Assembly (NCBI GenBank): GCA_902761535.1
Contig: CACWKS010000008.1
Location: 9,022-73,021, forward strand
Length of the DNA: 64,000 nucleotides
Source: an uncultured Pseudomonadota bacterium
GTDB lineage: Bacteria; Pseudomonadota; Alphaproteobacteria; RF32; CAG-239
Direction: 5' to 3'
Part shown: piece after piece, positions 10,359 through 18,888 of the stretch
How the letters are laid out: every line of letters begins with the position of its first letter
Position numbering within the stretch: the stretch's first letter is position 1
Position numbers and translations under genes: made by a program
The notes under the pieces: generated by a model
Told to the model about the DNA's origin: nothing
The model's database searches: none
What the model saw: only the letters and a program-made list of their open reading frames with translations

Positions 10359-11915
10359 ATGTCAAAAAAAATGTATAAATTGTCTAGATCAAGAATAATT
10401 ATAATTTTAGCTATATGTTTGATCGGCGTGTTTTTTGCCGTTCCCAACATTATGCCCAATAAAGACAGCTTGCCCAAATGGTGGCAACCGATCAGTTTGG
10501 GTTTGGATTTACAAGGCGGATCCAATCTGTTGTTGGAAGTAAAATTAGATGATGTCATAAAGGAACGTATGTCTTCAATTGAGGATTCGGCACGTCAGAT
10601 TTTGCGTGAAAATCGGATTCGCTATAAGAGTCTTACTTCAAACGAAAATGGTGTAAAAGTCATAATTGATAATGCCGGATCGCGTACTAAAGCAGCTAAT
10701 CTGTTCCGCAAAATTGACGATGGTATTGTCGCAACCGATGATGGTACGGACGGATTGTTAATTGCCTACAGCGAAATTGCACTTAATCAGTTAAAAGCCA
10801 AAGTTGTTGAACAATCTATCGAGATAGTTCGCCGTCGTATTGATGAGCTCGGCACTAAAGAGCCGTTGATTCAATCACAAGGTACCGGCAGAATTGTTGT
10901 CCAGCTCCCCGGTTTGCAAAATCCCGAGCAGGTTAAGGCTTTGTTAGGTAAAACTGCTAAAATGTCTTTCCATTTGGTTGACGGCTCGGCCAAAATGTCT
11001 GATGCCAAACGCGGCATGGTCGGCGGAAAGTATAAATTGGTTTATGGTGAAATGGGCGAACCTTATTTTGTAACTCGTAAACCGGTGGTAGGCGGTGAAA
11101 ATCTTGTCGATGCTCAAGCCACTTTTCAAAATGGCGAGGCAGTGGTTTCCTTCCGCTTTAATTCATTAGGTGGTAAAAAATTCGGCGAAGTTACCCGCAA
11201 TAATGTTGGTGAAAGACTTGCTATTGTTTTGGATAATGAGGTTATCTCAGCCCCCACTATCCAAGGTCCCATTATGGGCGGATCCGGTGTAATTACCGGT
11301 AATTTTACCATTCAATCTGCTAATGATTTGGCATTGTTGTTGCGTTCCGGTGCTTTGCCTGCTCCTTTGGAAGTTTTGGAAGAACGCACGGTTGGTGCAG
11401 GTCTTGGTGCCGATTCGATTAAGGCCGGCGTTATAGCCTCAATAATCGGTTTAATTGCGGTGGTTGCTTTTATGCTTGCCGCTTATGGTTTGTTCGGTGT
11501 ATTTACTACTGTTGCAGTATTTACCAACCTTGTTTTAATGATGGGCGCACTAAGTGTTTTAGGTGCAACTTTAACTCTTCCCGGAATTGCCGGTATGATT
11601 TTGAGTATCGGTATGGCGGTTGATGCCAATGTTCTGATTTTTGAACGCATGCGTGAAGAAGTTAAGAACGGTCGTTCTACTCGTGATGCGGCAGATGCCG
11701 GATTTAATGAGGCATGGGCAACTATTGTCGATTCCAACCTCACAACATTGGTAGCGGCATTAGTTCTGTTTTATTTCGGAACCGGTCCGGTCAGAGGATT
11801 CGCGGTAACTTTAGCCATAGGTATTGCCACCTCGATGTTTACCTCTGTAACTGTTACTCGCGTTATAATTACCACCTGGCTTAATAAGTGCAAGCCTACC
11901 AGACTGCCTATATAG
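10359..11915 (+). CDS. secD: Protein translocase subunit SecD
   Basis: LGLDLQGG block and C-terminal SecD/F TM bundle with GMAVDANVLIFER. Confidence 0.95.
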   Translation: MSKKMYKLSRSRIIIILAICLIGVFFAVPNIMPNKDSLPKWWQPISLGLDLQGGSNLLLEVKLDDVIKERMSSIEDSARQILRENRIRYKSLTSNENGVKVIIDNAGSRTKAANLFRKIDDGIVATDDGTDGLLIAYSEIALNQLKAKVVEQSIEIVRRRIDELGTKEPLIQSQGTGRIVVQLPGLQNPEQVKALLGKTAKMSFHLVDGSAKMSDAKRGMVGGKYKLVYGEMGEPYFVTRKPVVGGENLVDAQATFQNGEAVVSFRFNSLGGKKFGEVTRNNVGERLAIVLDNEVISAPTIQGPIMGGSGVITGNFTIQSANDLALLLRSGALPAPLEVLEERTVGAGLGADSIKAGVIASIIGLIAVVAFMLAAYGLFGVFTTVAVFTNLVLMMGALSVLGATLTLPGIAGMILSIGMAVDANVLIFERMREEVKNGRSTRDAADAGFNEAWATIVDSNLTTLVAALVLFYFGTGPVRGFAVTLAIGIATSMFTSVTVTRVIITTWLNKCKPTRLPI

Positions 11916-11934
11916 TACGGAAAGGAATACGAAA

Positions 11935-12870
11935 ATGATAAATATGTTTAAATGGGTTACCTTAGATACTAATTTTAATTTTATGAAAGCCAAAAAATTG
12001 ACTTATATATTGTCATCGACAATGGTGGTGCTTTCATTGATTTGCATAGCAGTCAAGGGATTTAACTTCGGTATAGATTTTTCCGGCGGTATCTTGATGG
12101 AGATAAAATCGGAAAATGTCATCAATGTTGATGAATTGCGCAGCACGCTCAACAAACTTGATATTGATGATTTGAATTTGCAGTCCATGGGTGATGACGG
12201 CAAAGAAATTGTTATCCGTGCCCAGGCCAAAACCTTGGATGAAAAAGCTCAGATGGCTATTGTTAACCAAATCAAGTCAACTTTAGGCAGCGATTATGAA
12301 TATCGTCGTGTAGAATTAGTCGGACCTCAAGTCGGCGGCGAATTGAAAAAAGACGGTATAATCGCTTCGGTTATTGCTATTTTGGCGATTACTGCTTATG
12401 TATGGTTTCGTTTTGAGTGGCAGTTTGCTCTGGGTGCAATTGTCGGTCTTACTCACGATGTTATCATCACCGCCGGCTTTTTGTCATTATTCGGCTTAGA
12501 TTTCAGCTTGACCACGGTTGCCGCAATTTTAACTTTAGCCGGTTATTCGGTCAATGACACGGTGGTAACTTATGACCGCATCCGTGAAAATCTGCGTAAA
12601 TACAGAAAAATGAAGCAAACAGATTTGTTGAATAAGAGTATCAACGATATTCTTTCTCGCACTTTCTTAACCGGGTTAACAACTTTGTTTGCCGCCTTAG
12701 CGTTATTGATTTGGGGTGGTGATGCTCTTCGTTCCTTTGCCTTTACGATTTTCTTCGGAGTTGTTATCGGAACTTATTCATCAATCTATGTTTGCACAAC
12801 ATTATTGGAATTGTTTGATTTGCGTGCTCACCAAAATGAAGCGGAAATCAATCCTTTTGGTAATGCTTAA
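11935..12870 (+). CDS. secF: Protein translocase subunit SecF
   Basis: GIDFSGG block and YSVNDTVVTYDRIREN motif. Confidence 0.95.
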   Translation: MINMFKWVTLDTNFNFMKAKKLTYILSSTMVVLSLICIAVKGFNFGIDFSGGILMEIKSENVINVDELRSTLNKLDIDDLNLQSMGDDGKEIVIRAQAKTLDEKAQMAIVNQIKSTLGSDYEYRRVELVGPQVGGELKKDGIIASVIAILAITAYVWFRFEWQFALGAIVGLTHDVIITAGFLSLFGLDFSLTTVAAILTLAGYSVNDTVVTYDRIRENLRKYRKMKQTDLLNKSINDILSRTFLTGLTTLFAALALLIWGGDALRSFAFTIFFGVVIGTYSSIYVCTTLLELFDLRAHQNEAEINPFGNA

Positions 12871-12890
12871 CTTATAGCGAGGGGAGAAAA

Positions 12891-13718
12891 ATGACCAAAG
12901 TATCATGGAAACCGGGAACAATGCTTTTTCCTCTTCCGCCTGTAATGGTTACTTGCGGAACTATGAAAAAAGCTAATGTTCTTACCATAGCTTGGACGGG
13001 CATTGTTAATTCCGAGCCGCCGTTGACATATATTTCGATTCGTCCGACTCGTCACTCTCATGCCATTATTGCCAAGAATAAAGAATTTGTTATTAATTTG
13101 GTCAATCTTCCCTTGTCAAAGGCCTGTGATTATTGTGGGATAAAGAGCGGAGCTCAAACTGACAAATTTAAGGATATGAATTTGGAAATTGAAGCTTGTT
13201 CTCAAGTAAAAGCTCCGCAATTGAAAGCCTCGCCCGTAACCTTGGAGTGCAAAGTTATCGATAGTGAGAAAATGGCCACTCATGAAATGTTTTTGGCCGA
13301 AATAGTCAATGTTAACATTGATGATAAATATATTGAAGAAGGCGGCAGATTGGCTGTTGAGAAGATGGGCTTGGTTGCTTTTGCTCACGGACGTTATTAT
13401 ACTTTAGGTCGTGATTTGGGGGCTTTCGGTTTTTCGGTTGATAAGACTAAAGAAAACAAAACCAAACCGCGCAAATCCAAATTTATGGCTATCCTTAAAA
13501 TAGAGGAGAAATTAAAGGAAGGTACTCTCAAAATTAAGGAGAAAAAACCTTCTTTACAAAAAGCCTTAGCCGAGAAAAAAGCCCGCGCTGCCAAATCAAA
13601 TTCCGGCAAACGCAAGCCGTTGAGGGGCAGGGGATTATTAAATTCCAATCACAAAAGGAGTTTAGTAAACAGTAACAAAAATAAAAAGACGGTTTCACGA
13701 CCGAAGCCTGCTAAATAA
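12891..13718 (+). CDS. Flavin reductase-like domain protein with a ~100-aa Lys/Arg-rich C-terminal tail
   Basis: The N-terminal ~175 aa resemble the FMN-binding split-barrel flavin reductase family (PLPPVMVTCG..NVLTIAW). The tail is KENKTKPRKSK...KNKKTVSRPKPAK. Confidence 0.65.
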   Translation: MTKVSWKPGTMLFPLPPVMVTCGTMKKANVLTIAWTGIVNSEPPLTYISIRPTRHSHAIIAKNKEFVINLVNLPLSKACDYCGIKSGAQTDKFKDMNLEIEACSQVKAPQLKASPVTLECKVIDSEKMATHEMFLAEIVNVNIDDKYIEEGGRLAVEKMGLVAFAHGRYYTLGRDLGAFGFSVDKTKENKTKPRKSKFMAILKIEEKLKEGTLKIKEKKPSLQKALAEKKARAAKSNSGKRKPLRGRGLLNSNHKRSLVNSNKNKKTVSRPKPAK

Positions 13719-13816
13719 AACCAAAAAATTGTGGATTAAATCTTGCTATTTTTATTAAGATAATGTAAATTCCAAATAAATTTGAGATGTTACAATTTAA
13801 ACTGTAAGGATTAAAC

Positions 13817-14122
13817 ATGAGCACAATTACCCGTTCCGATGTCGTAGATGCTATTTATAGTGAAATAGGATTATCGAGAAAAGATTCCAATGATATATTG
13901 GATATGGTTGTAAATGAAATCGTTAAAGAATTGAGCGACGGCAACGAAGTCAAGCTGTCGCGGTTCGGTACTTTTTCTTTGCGCGATAAAAATGCTCGTG
14001 TCGGTCGCAATCCTAAGACAGGTGTTTCTGCGACCATATCGCCGCGCCGTGTTATTTCTTTCAAAGCATCGCAGACTCTGCGCAATCGTATCAATCGTCG
14101 CGGCAAATATAAAGCAAGTTAG
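13817..14122 (+). CDS. ihfA: Integration host factor subunit alpha
   Basis: HU/IHF fold with GRNPKTG arm motif. Followed by a MerR gene, as in many Alphaproteobacteria. Confidence 0.85.
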   Translation: MSTITRSDVVDAIYSEIGLSRKDSNDILDMVVNEIVKELSDGNEVKLSRFGTFSLRDKNARVGRNPKTGVSATISPRRVISFKASQTLRNRINRRGKYKAS

Positions 14123-14125
14123 CTT

Positions 14126-14521
14126 ATGACAGTCAACAAAAGCAAATCAGCCTTTCGCACTATTGCCGAACTTGCCGAAGAGCTCGGAGTTGCGACTCAC
14201 GTCTTACGCTTTTGGGAAACCAAGTTTGAACAAATCAAGCCGATGAAGCGTGCCGGCGGACGTCGTTACTATCGTCCTGACGATGTCGAACTCATCAAAG
14301 CTATCAAAAGCTATCTTTATGACAAACGCTATACTATTGAAGGCGTGCAAAAGCTGTTTAAGGAAAAAGGTCTTAAAGCGATTCTCGGTGATGAAATTCA
14401 AAAAGATTTTTTTGCCGAAGCTCCGCAGGAAGTTGAACTTAACCAAAGCTCTCGTGATATATTAAACAGCATTAAATCATCGCTTGAAGATATTAAAAGC
14501 AATCTGCTGAAAAATTTATAA
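14126..14521 (+). CDS. MerR-family transcriptional regulator
   Basis: N-terminal HTH block [19 protein letters not shown] and RRYY motif. Confidence 0.8.
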   Translation: MTVNKSKSAFRTIAELAEELGVATHVLRFWETKFEQIKPMKRAGGRRYYRPDDVELIKAIKSYLYDKRYTIEGVQKLFKEKGLKAILGDEIQKDFFAEAPQEVELNQSSRDILNSIKSSLEDIKSNLLKNL

Positions 14522-14526
14522 ATCTG

Positions 14527-15144
14527 ATGTCATATTGCAATTGGGGACATACATCACCGCTCAACCTCAAATATCACGATTGTGAATGGGGAGTGCCGGT
14601 GCATGACGATTATCGCCAGTTTGAATTTTTGATGTTGGAAGTTATGCAATGCGGACTTAATTGGAATATGATGATTAACAAGCGCGAAATTTTTCGCCGT
14701 TGCTTTGATAATTTTGATTATGATAAAATCGCCGCTTATACCGCTCAAGATATTGATCGGATAATGAATACCGAGGGTATGATTAAAAGCCCGCGCAAAA
14801 TTGCCGCAATTATCAACAATGCCAAGTGTTTTCAAAAAATTATCTCCGAATATGGCAGTTTTTGCAACTATATTTGGGGCTACAGCCAAGGACAAACCAT
14901 TTTATATGACCGACACTCGAGTGGTTATATTCCGGCCAGTAACGGACTTTCCGATATCATCAGCCGCGATTTGAAAAAGCGTGGTTTTAAATTTTTAGGC
15001 ACGATAGTGGTCTATTCTCACCTCCAAGCCTGCGGTATTATCAACGACCACGATAAAAATTGTCCCCGCTACGCTTATATCAATTCCCACTTCCCCACCA
15101 TCAGACAAAAACCCTGCCAAGAAAAAACCGTGCAGAAGTTTTGA
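14527..15144 (+). CDS. tag: DNA-3-methyladenine glycosylase I
   Basis: C-W...YHDCEWGVP and GLNW blocks characteristic of Tag. Confidence 0.85.
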   Translation: MSYCNWGHTSPLNLKYHDCEWGVPVHDDYRQFEFLMLEVMQCGLNWNMMINKREIFRRCFDNFDYDKIAAYTAQDIDRIMNTEGMIKSPRKIAAIINNAKCFQKIISEYGSFCNYIWGYSQGQTILYDRHSSGYIPASNGLSDIISRDLKKRGFKFLGTIVVYSHLQACGIINDHDKNCPRYAYINSHFPTIRQKPCQEKTVQKF

Positions 15145-15222
15145 ATTATGACATAAAACCAACAAATAAAATAAAAACATCAACTAACTATATATTTAAT
15201 ACTAAACTCAATGATTTTCTGA

Positions 15223-15579
15223 TTAAAATATATTACATAAAGGTCCCCAAAAATCTTCATTACAAGCTTCGCAATTATTTCCAGTATATTTCCATGCCGC
15301 TACTTTATCATCTTCAATAGTAAATGTTGTTTCACATTTCCAATTATAAACATTTCCATCTATGGAATAAACAGACGTCCTCAAATAACTAAGATATTCC
15401 ACGTGATTATCTAGTTTATAAGTACTTGTTGGAACACCCCATGTTTCTATTAAATTTCGTTTATCAGAATCCATCCAAGTATTTAATATTCTATCGTAAC
15501 CTGCAGATGTTGCACAGTTTGAGATAAAAAGCAAAGATGAAATCAGAAATATATTTTTCGAGCTTATAAATGATGACAT
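15223..15579 (-). CDS. Hypothetical lipoprotein
   Basis: Signal peptide ending in lipobox LFISNC. Sits in an AT-rich pocket. No family recognised. Confidence 0.5.
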   Translation of the reverse strand: MSSFISSKNIFLISSLLFISNCATSAGYDRILNTWMDSDKRNLIETWGVPTSTYKLDNHVEYLSYLRTSVYSIDGNVYNWKCETTFTIEDDKVAAWKYTGNNCEACNEDFWGPLCNIF

Positions 15580-15640
15580 GAGTTATTCCCTAGTTAATAC
15601 AAATGAACTAATAACAATATGACAATACAATTTTTTTAAT

Positions 15641-16153
15641 CTATTTTCCATACTTATAAAATATATCATCTATTTCATTTTTAATTTTTTGTGGATTATC
15701 TATTCCCTCAAATTTAATAACTTTATTGCCTGTTCCTGTAAAAACGATTGTTCCATATCCTAAAATTAATCCAAATAAACTTTTTTTAATGTTTGTAGAT
15801 TCAACTTTTTCTAAACGCAATTCATCAGTATTATGAATAAAAATCCCTTTTTTCAAAATAACACGCTTATTAGTAACAACCATCTCTACAGCTTTTGAAC
15901 TAAAATAGCAAAAAAAAGCAAAACCTCCAAACATCATAATTCCGATTTCACCTACTACCATAGCATCTTTTGTTCCCACAAATAATGTTGGTATAAAAGC
16001 CATTGCAAAAAGTAACATAAAGACAACGCAAGGCCAATATAACCACCCATTTACTTTTTCTGCGACCAAAATTTTTTCTTCTTTACCAAGATTTTTTGAA
16101 ACATAGTCAGGAAAATAAGTGTTTTTATTGTTTTCTTTTTTTTGTTTTGCCAT
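15641..16153 (-). CDS. Membrane protein with bacterial PH (bPH_2/YdbS-like) domain
   Basis: Two TM helices followed by VTNKRVILKKGIF....E.....V......S.....LGYGTIVF.GTG pattern. Paralogue at 34412-34963. Confidence 0.6.
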   Translation of the reverse strand: MAKQKKENNKNTYFPDYVSKNLGKEEKILVAEKVNGWLYWPCVVFMLLFAMAFIPTLFVGTKDAMVVGEIGIMMFGGFAFFCYFSSKAVEMVVTNKRVILKKGIFIHNTDELRLEKVESTNIKKSLFGLILGYGTIVFTGTGNKVIKFEGIDNPQKIKNEIDDIFYKYGK

Positions 16154-16375
16154 AGATAACCTCCTTTTTTTGACATATAAATAAATGATATAGTCTTACA
16201 CTCTGCTAAAATACTAAGCCCATTTCTGCTAAATTACAATTAAAATTATCTGATTATTTAAATTTTTCTCATCCTTGTTGCGCTAAAATAACAGAATAAA
16301 CTAATTAACTGAATCATCTAAAATCTTGCAACATTGATTTTTTGGTTTTATGATACAGCGAGAATTTAACCTGTT

Positions 16376-17860
16376 ATGGAGTTTGATGTGTTATCTCTTC
16401 TGATTTTTTTTATCGGCTATATGATTTTTGCCACAGCTAATTGGATTATTCACAAATTCGGTCCGGTTACTTATGAGCAAATAATGTTCCACCTCAATAT
16501 GCCTTTCGATTCGGAAACACGGCTTATGTTAAGCTATTTCAAACATACCGTTATGACTGCAGCCATCATTATTTTGCTTTTGTTGTTGCTGTTTTGCCGC
16601 AAATACAAATTTCATGTTAAACTCATCGATCAGGTCAGGGATTTTATTTATGCCAAAAAACTTTGGTTCAGCTTAGCTTGGTTAGCTTTTTGTTGCCTGT
16701 GGTTTTTCGTTCGTATGAATGTTTGGACTATGCTGAATTATCATAATATCAAACGTGAAACTTCCAATTTTTACGAGCAAAATTATGTTATACCCCAGCA
16801 TACCAAAATCACTTTTCCCAAACATAAACGCAATTTGGTGCTGATATTTATGGAGAGTATGGAGGCGACTTATGCCAAAATTCCGCACCATAATTATTTT
16901 GATGCCGATTTAATTCCCGAATTACATCATCTGGCCAAGCAAAATATCAATTTCAGCGATAATGAATATATCGGCGGTTCTTCGTCTATCGATGGAACTC
17001 AATGGACTCAGGGCGGATTGGTTGCTCAAACTTGCGGAATCCCTATCCAATTACCGATTAATGACGCTAATTTCTTCCATCCTAAAAACAGCTTTTATCC
17101 AAATGCCTGGTGTTTATACGATATTTTGCGGCAAAAAGGTTATGAAGAAAGTTTTCTGCTCGGCTCTAATGGTGAGTTTGCCGGCATGAACCGTTTTCTT
17201 GAGACTCACGGCAAACAAAAAATGTTGGATATTTTATATTATGCCAAACGTGACGGCCTCAAAGTTTCTTTTGAAAAAACTACCAAGTTGCCCGATAAAC
17301 AACTCTTTGTTTACGCCAAAGAGGAGCTGTCGCAATTAGCCTCACAAAATAAACCTTTTGTCTTCACCTTGATGACTTTGGATACTCATTACGGCACCGG
17401 AAGATTTGCCGATGATATTTGCGATCGCAAATATGGTGAACACAATAATATCAAAAATGTGGTTTCCTGCTCCAGTTATCAAATCGGTGAATTTGTCAAT
17501 TGGCTTAAACAACAACCGTATTATCGTGATACTGTTATTGTAATGTTGGGTGATCACCTGACTATGAACGAATTTTTTACTGACGATATGAATCGCAAAG
17601 TCTTAAACATATTTATCAATTCCTCAGTCGGTGCCGATCGCACCAAAAATCGCAACTTTACGCCTTTTGATATCTATCCGACCATTGTTGAAAGTTTAGG
17701 TGCCAAAATTTCCGGCCATCGTTTGGGTTTAGGAACATCTCTGTTTTCCGATATCCCGACCTTAACCGAAAGCAAAATGAGTATCGAAGAAATGGACACG
17801 GAAGTCCGTAAATCATCTAAATTGTACGATTGGTTGCTCTACGGTAAAAATGTCAAATAG
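16376..17860 (+). CDS. Membrane-anchored sulfatase/LTA-synthase-family transferase (phosphoglycerol-transferase-like)
   Basis: N-terminal TM bundle followed by alkaline-phosphatase-superfamily blocks (FMESMEATY, TLDTHYG, MLGDHL). Confidence 0.7.
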   Translation: MEFDVLSLLIFFIGYMIFATANWIIHKFGPVTYEQIMFHLNMPFDSETRLMLSYFKHTVMTAAIIILLLLLLFCRKYKFHVKLIDQVRDFIYAKKLWFSLAWLAFCCLWFFVRMNVWTMLNYHNIKRETSNFYEQNYVIPQHTKITFPKHKRNLVLIFMESMEATYAKIPHHNYFDADLIPELHHLAKQNINFSDNEYIGGSSSIDGTQWTQGGLVAQTCGIPIQLPINDANFFHPKNSFYPNAWCLYDILRQKGYEESFLLGSNGEFAGMNRFLETHGKQKMLDILYYAKRDGLKVSFEKTTKLPDKQLFVYAKEELSQLASQNKPFVFTLMTLDTHYGTGRFADDICDRKYGEHNNIKNVVSCSSYQIGEFVNWLKQQPYYRDTVIVMLGDHLTMNEFFTDDMNRKVLNIFINSSVGADRTKNRNFTPFDIYPTIVESLGAKISGHRLGLGTSLFSDIPTLTESKMSIEEMDTEVRKSSKLYDWLLYGKNVK

Positions 17861-17861
17861 C

Positions 17862-18284
17862 CTACCACGGCTCGGCATACAGCAAAAACTTATCTCTGCC
17901 GTTGATAGTTTTTATCTCATGATTGAGCAAAATTGTCGGCAATTCATATTGGCAAAAAGTACTTAAAGGATGGGCATTTTTAATAAAAGCCGTAATATTT
18001 CCGCTCGCCCCCAGCACCATTCGCGTTGAAGCAATTCCCCACACCTGATAAGCTTCATCTCGCGATAATCCGCTGTTAGGCGAAAACAAATCAAGCTCCA
18101 ACAAAGCCTTTCCGCAAGGAGTATCTTCAATAGTCATGGCGTTTTTATGATTTTTTACATAATCCAAAGCCAAGTGTTTGTTAGTATCATCATTTTGAAA
18201 ACTTACACTGAACAAAACCAATGAATCAGGTTTGGTCGTCACATCATAAGTTCTGGCGATTTCCAGAATTTTTTGATCTACCAT
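17862..18284 (-). CDS. Mini ADP-ribosyl cyclase / CD38-like (putative NAD+ glycohydrolase/cyclase) protein
   Basis: Ordered blocks LVLFSVS, MTIEDTPCG, QVWGIAS and STFCQYELPTIL match the remembered FWSG, TLEDTL(L/P)G, FW(K/G)xxS and S(T/F)FGxxE(L/V)xNL blocks of CD38 and Aplysia cyclase. ATG at 18284 is preferred over the track's TTG at 18302. Confidence 0.45.
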   Translation of the reverse strand: MVDQKILEIARTYDVTTKPDSLVLFSVSFQNDDTNKHLALDYVKNHKNAMTIEDTPCGKALLELDLFSPNSGLSRDEAYQVWGIASTRMVLGASGNITAFIKNAHPLSTFCQYELPTILLNHEIKTINGRDKFLLYAEPW

Positions 18285-18430
18285 GGCACACCGTGAATAC
18301 AACGTTCCGGTGTTTTTTCACAGTCCGCACGACCTTGTTCGTATTGTGCATGTCTTTCCGGCGAAAACTCACCTGCTTTAACACATGCCGTTAAAATAAA
18401 CACAAGTATAAAAGCCAAAATTTTTTTCAA
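18278..18430 (-). CDS. Unannotated 50-aa lipoprotein (TTG start)
   Basis: Hand-translated: (M)KKILAFILVFILTAC VKAGEFSPERHAQYEQGRADCEKTPERCIHGVPW. GAGGA lies 7 nt upstream of the TTG. Clear lipobox. Its stop overlaps the next gene's start (ATGGTAG). Below the track's 60-aa cut-off. Confidence 0.45.
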   Translation of the reverse strand: MKKILAFILVFILTACVKAGEFSPERHAQYEQGRADCEKTPERCIHGVPW

Positions 18431-18434
18431 GTCT

Positions 18435-18806
18435 TTATCCTCTGATAATAACCCACCAAATACTCACAACAGCCGCAATAATAATTATACGTGCCGATTG
18501 TGCCAACCAAACGCTTTTATCATAAGTTGCAGCCGATTTCCAAATTCCTTTGACAATTCCTACGGAATATATAACTAAAAACAACGATACGGCAAAATAA
18601 CACAACAACCAAGCAGCATTGATATGAGTAAAATTACTTATGTTAAAATTTCTGAAAAAATTAATCCAATTAGAACCCTTCGCATAATATCCGGATAAAG
18701 ATCTGAACATTTTGTGAGCATAATACAAAATAGTCAGTCCCAAAATCCCATATTTCCAAAAAGTAACCCTAAGCGGCAATTCTCCGTTGAAAAGTTTCTT
18801 TAACAT
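18435..18806 (-). CDS. Hypothetical 3-TM membrane protein
   Basis: Three hydrophobic helices. Ends 4 nt before the small lipoprotein ORF. No family recognised. Confidence 0.55.
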   Translation of the reverse strand: MLKKLFNGELPLRVTFWKYGILGLTILYYAHKMFRSLSGYYAKGSNWINFFRNFNISNFTHINAAWLLCYFAVSLFLVIYSVGIVKGIWKSAATYDKSVWLAQSARIIIIAAVVSIWWVIIRG

Positions 18807-18888
18807 TATTTTTGTCCTTTTATCTGACCGACAACCTTAGCAATTATGATGTTAATTGCCCATTTAAGCAAGCTAATAATCAAAAATC

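Noticed and set aside
14204-14465. ORFs overlapping the MerR-family gene on both strands
   Set aside because: The MerR frame has the HTH signature and proper spacing to ihfA and tag. The others are alternative-frame artefacts.
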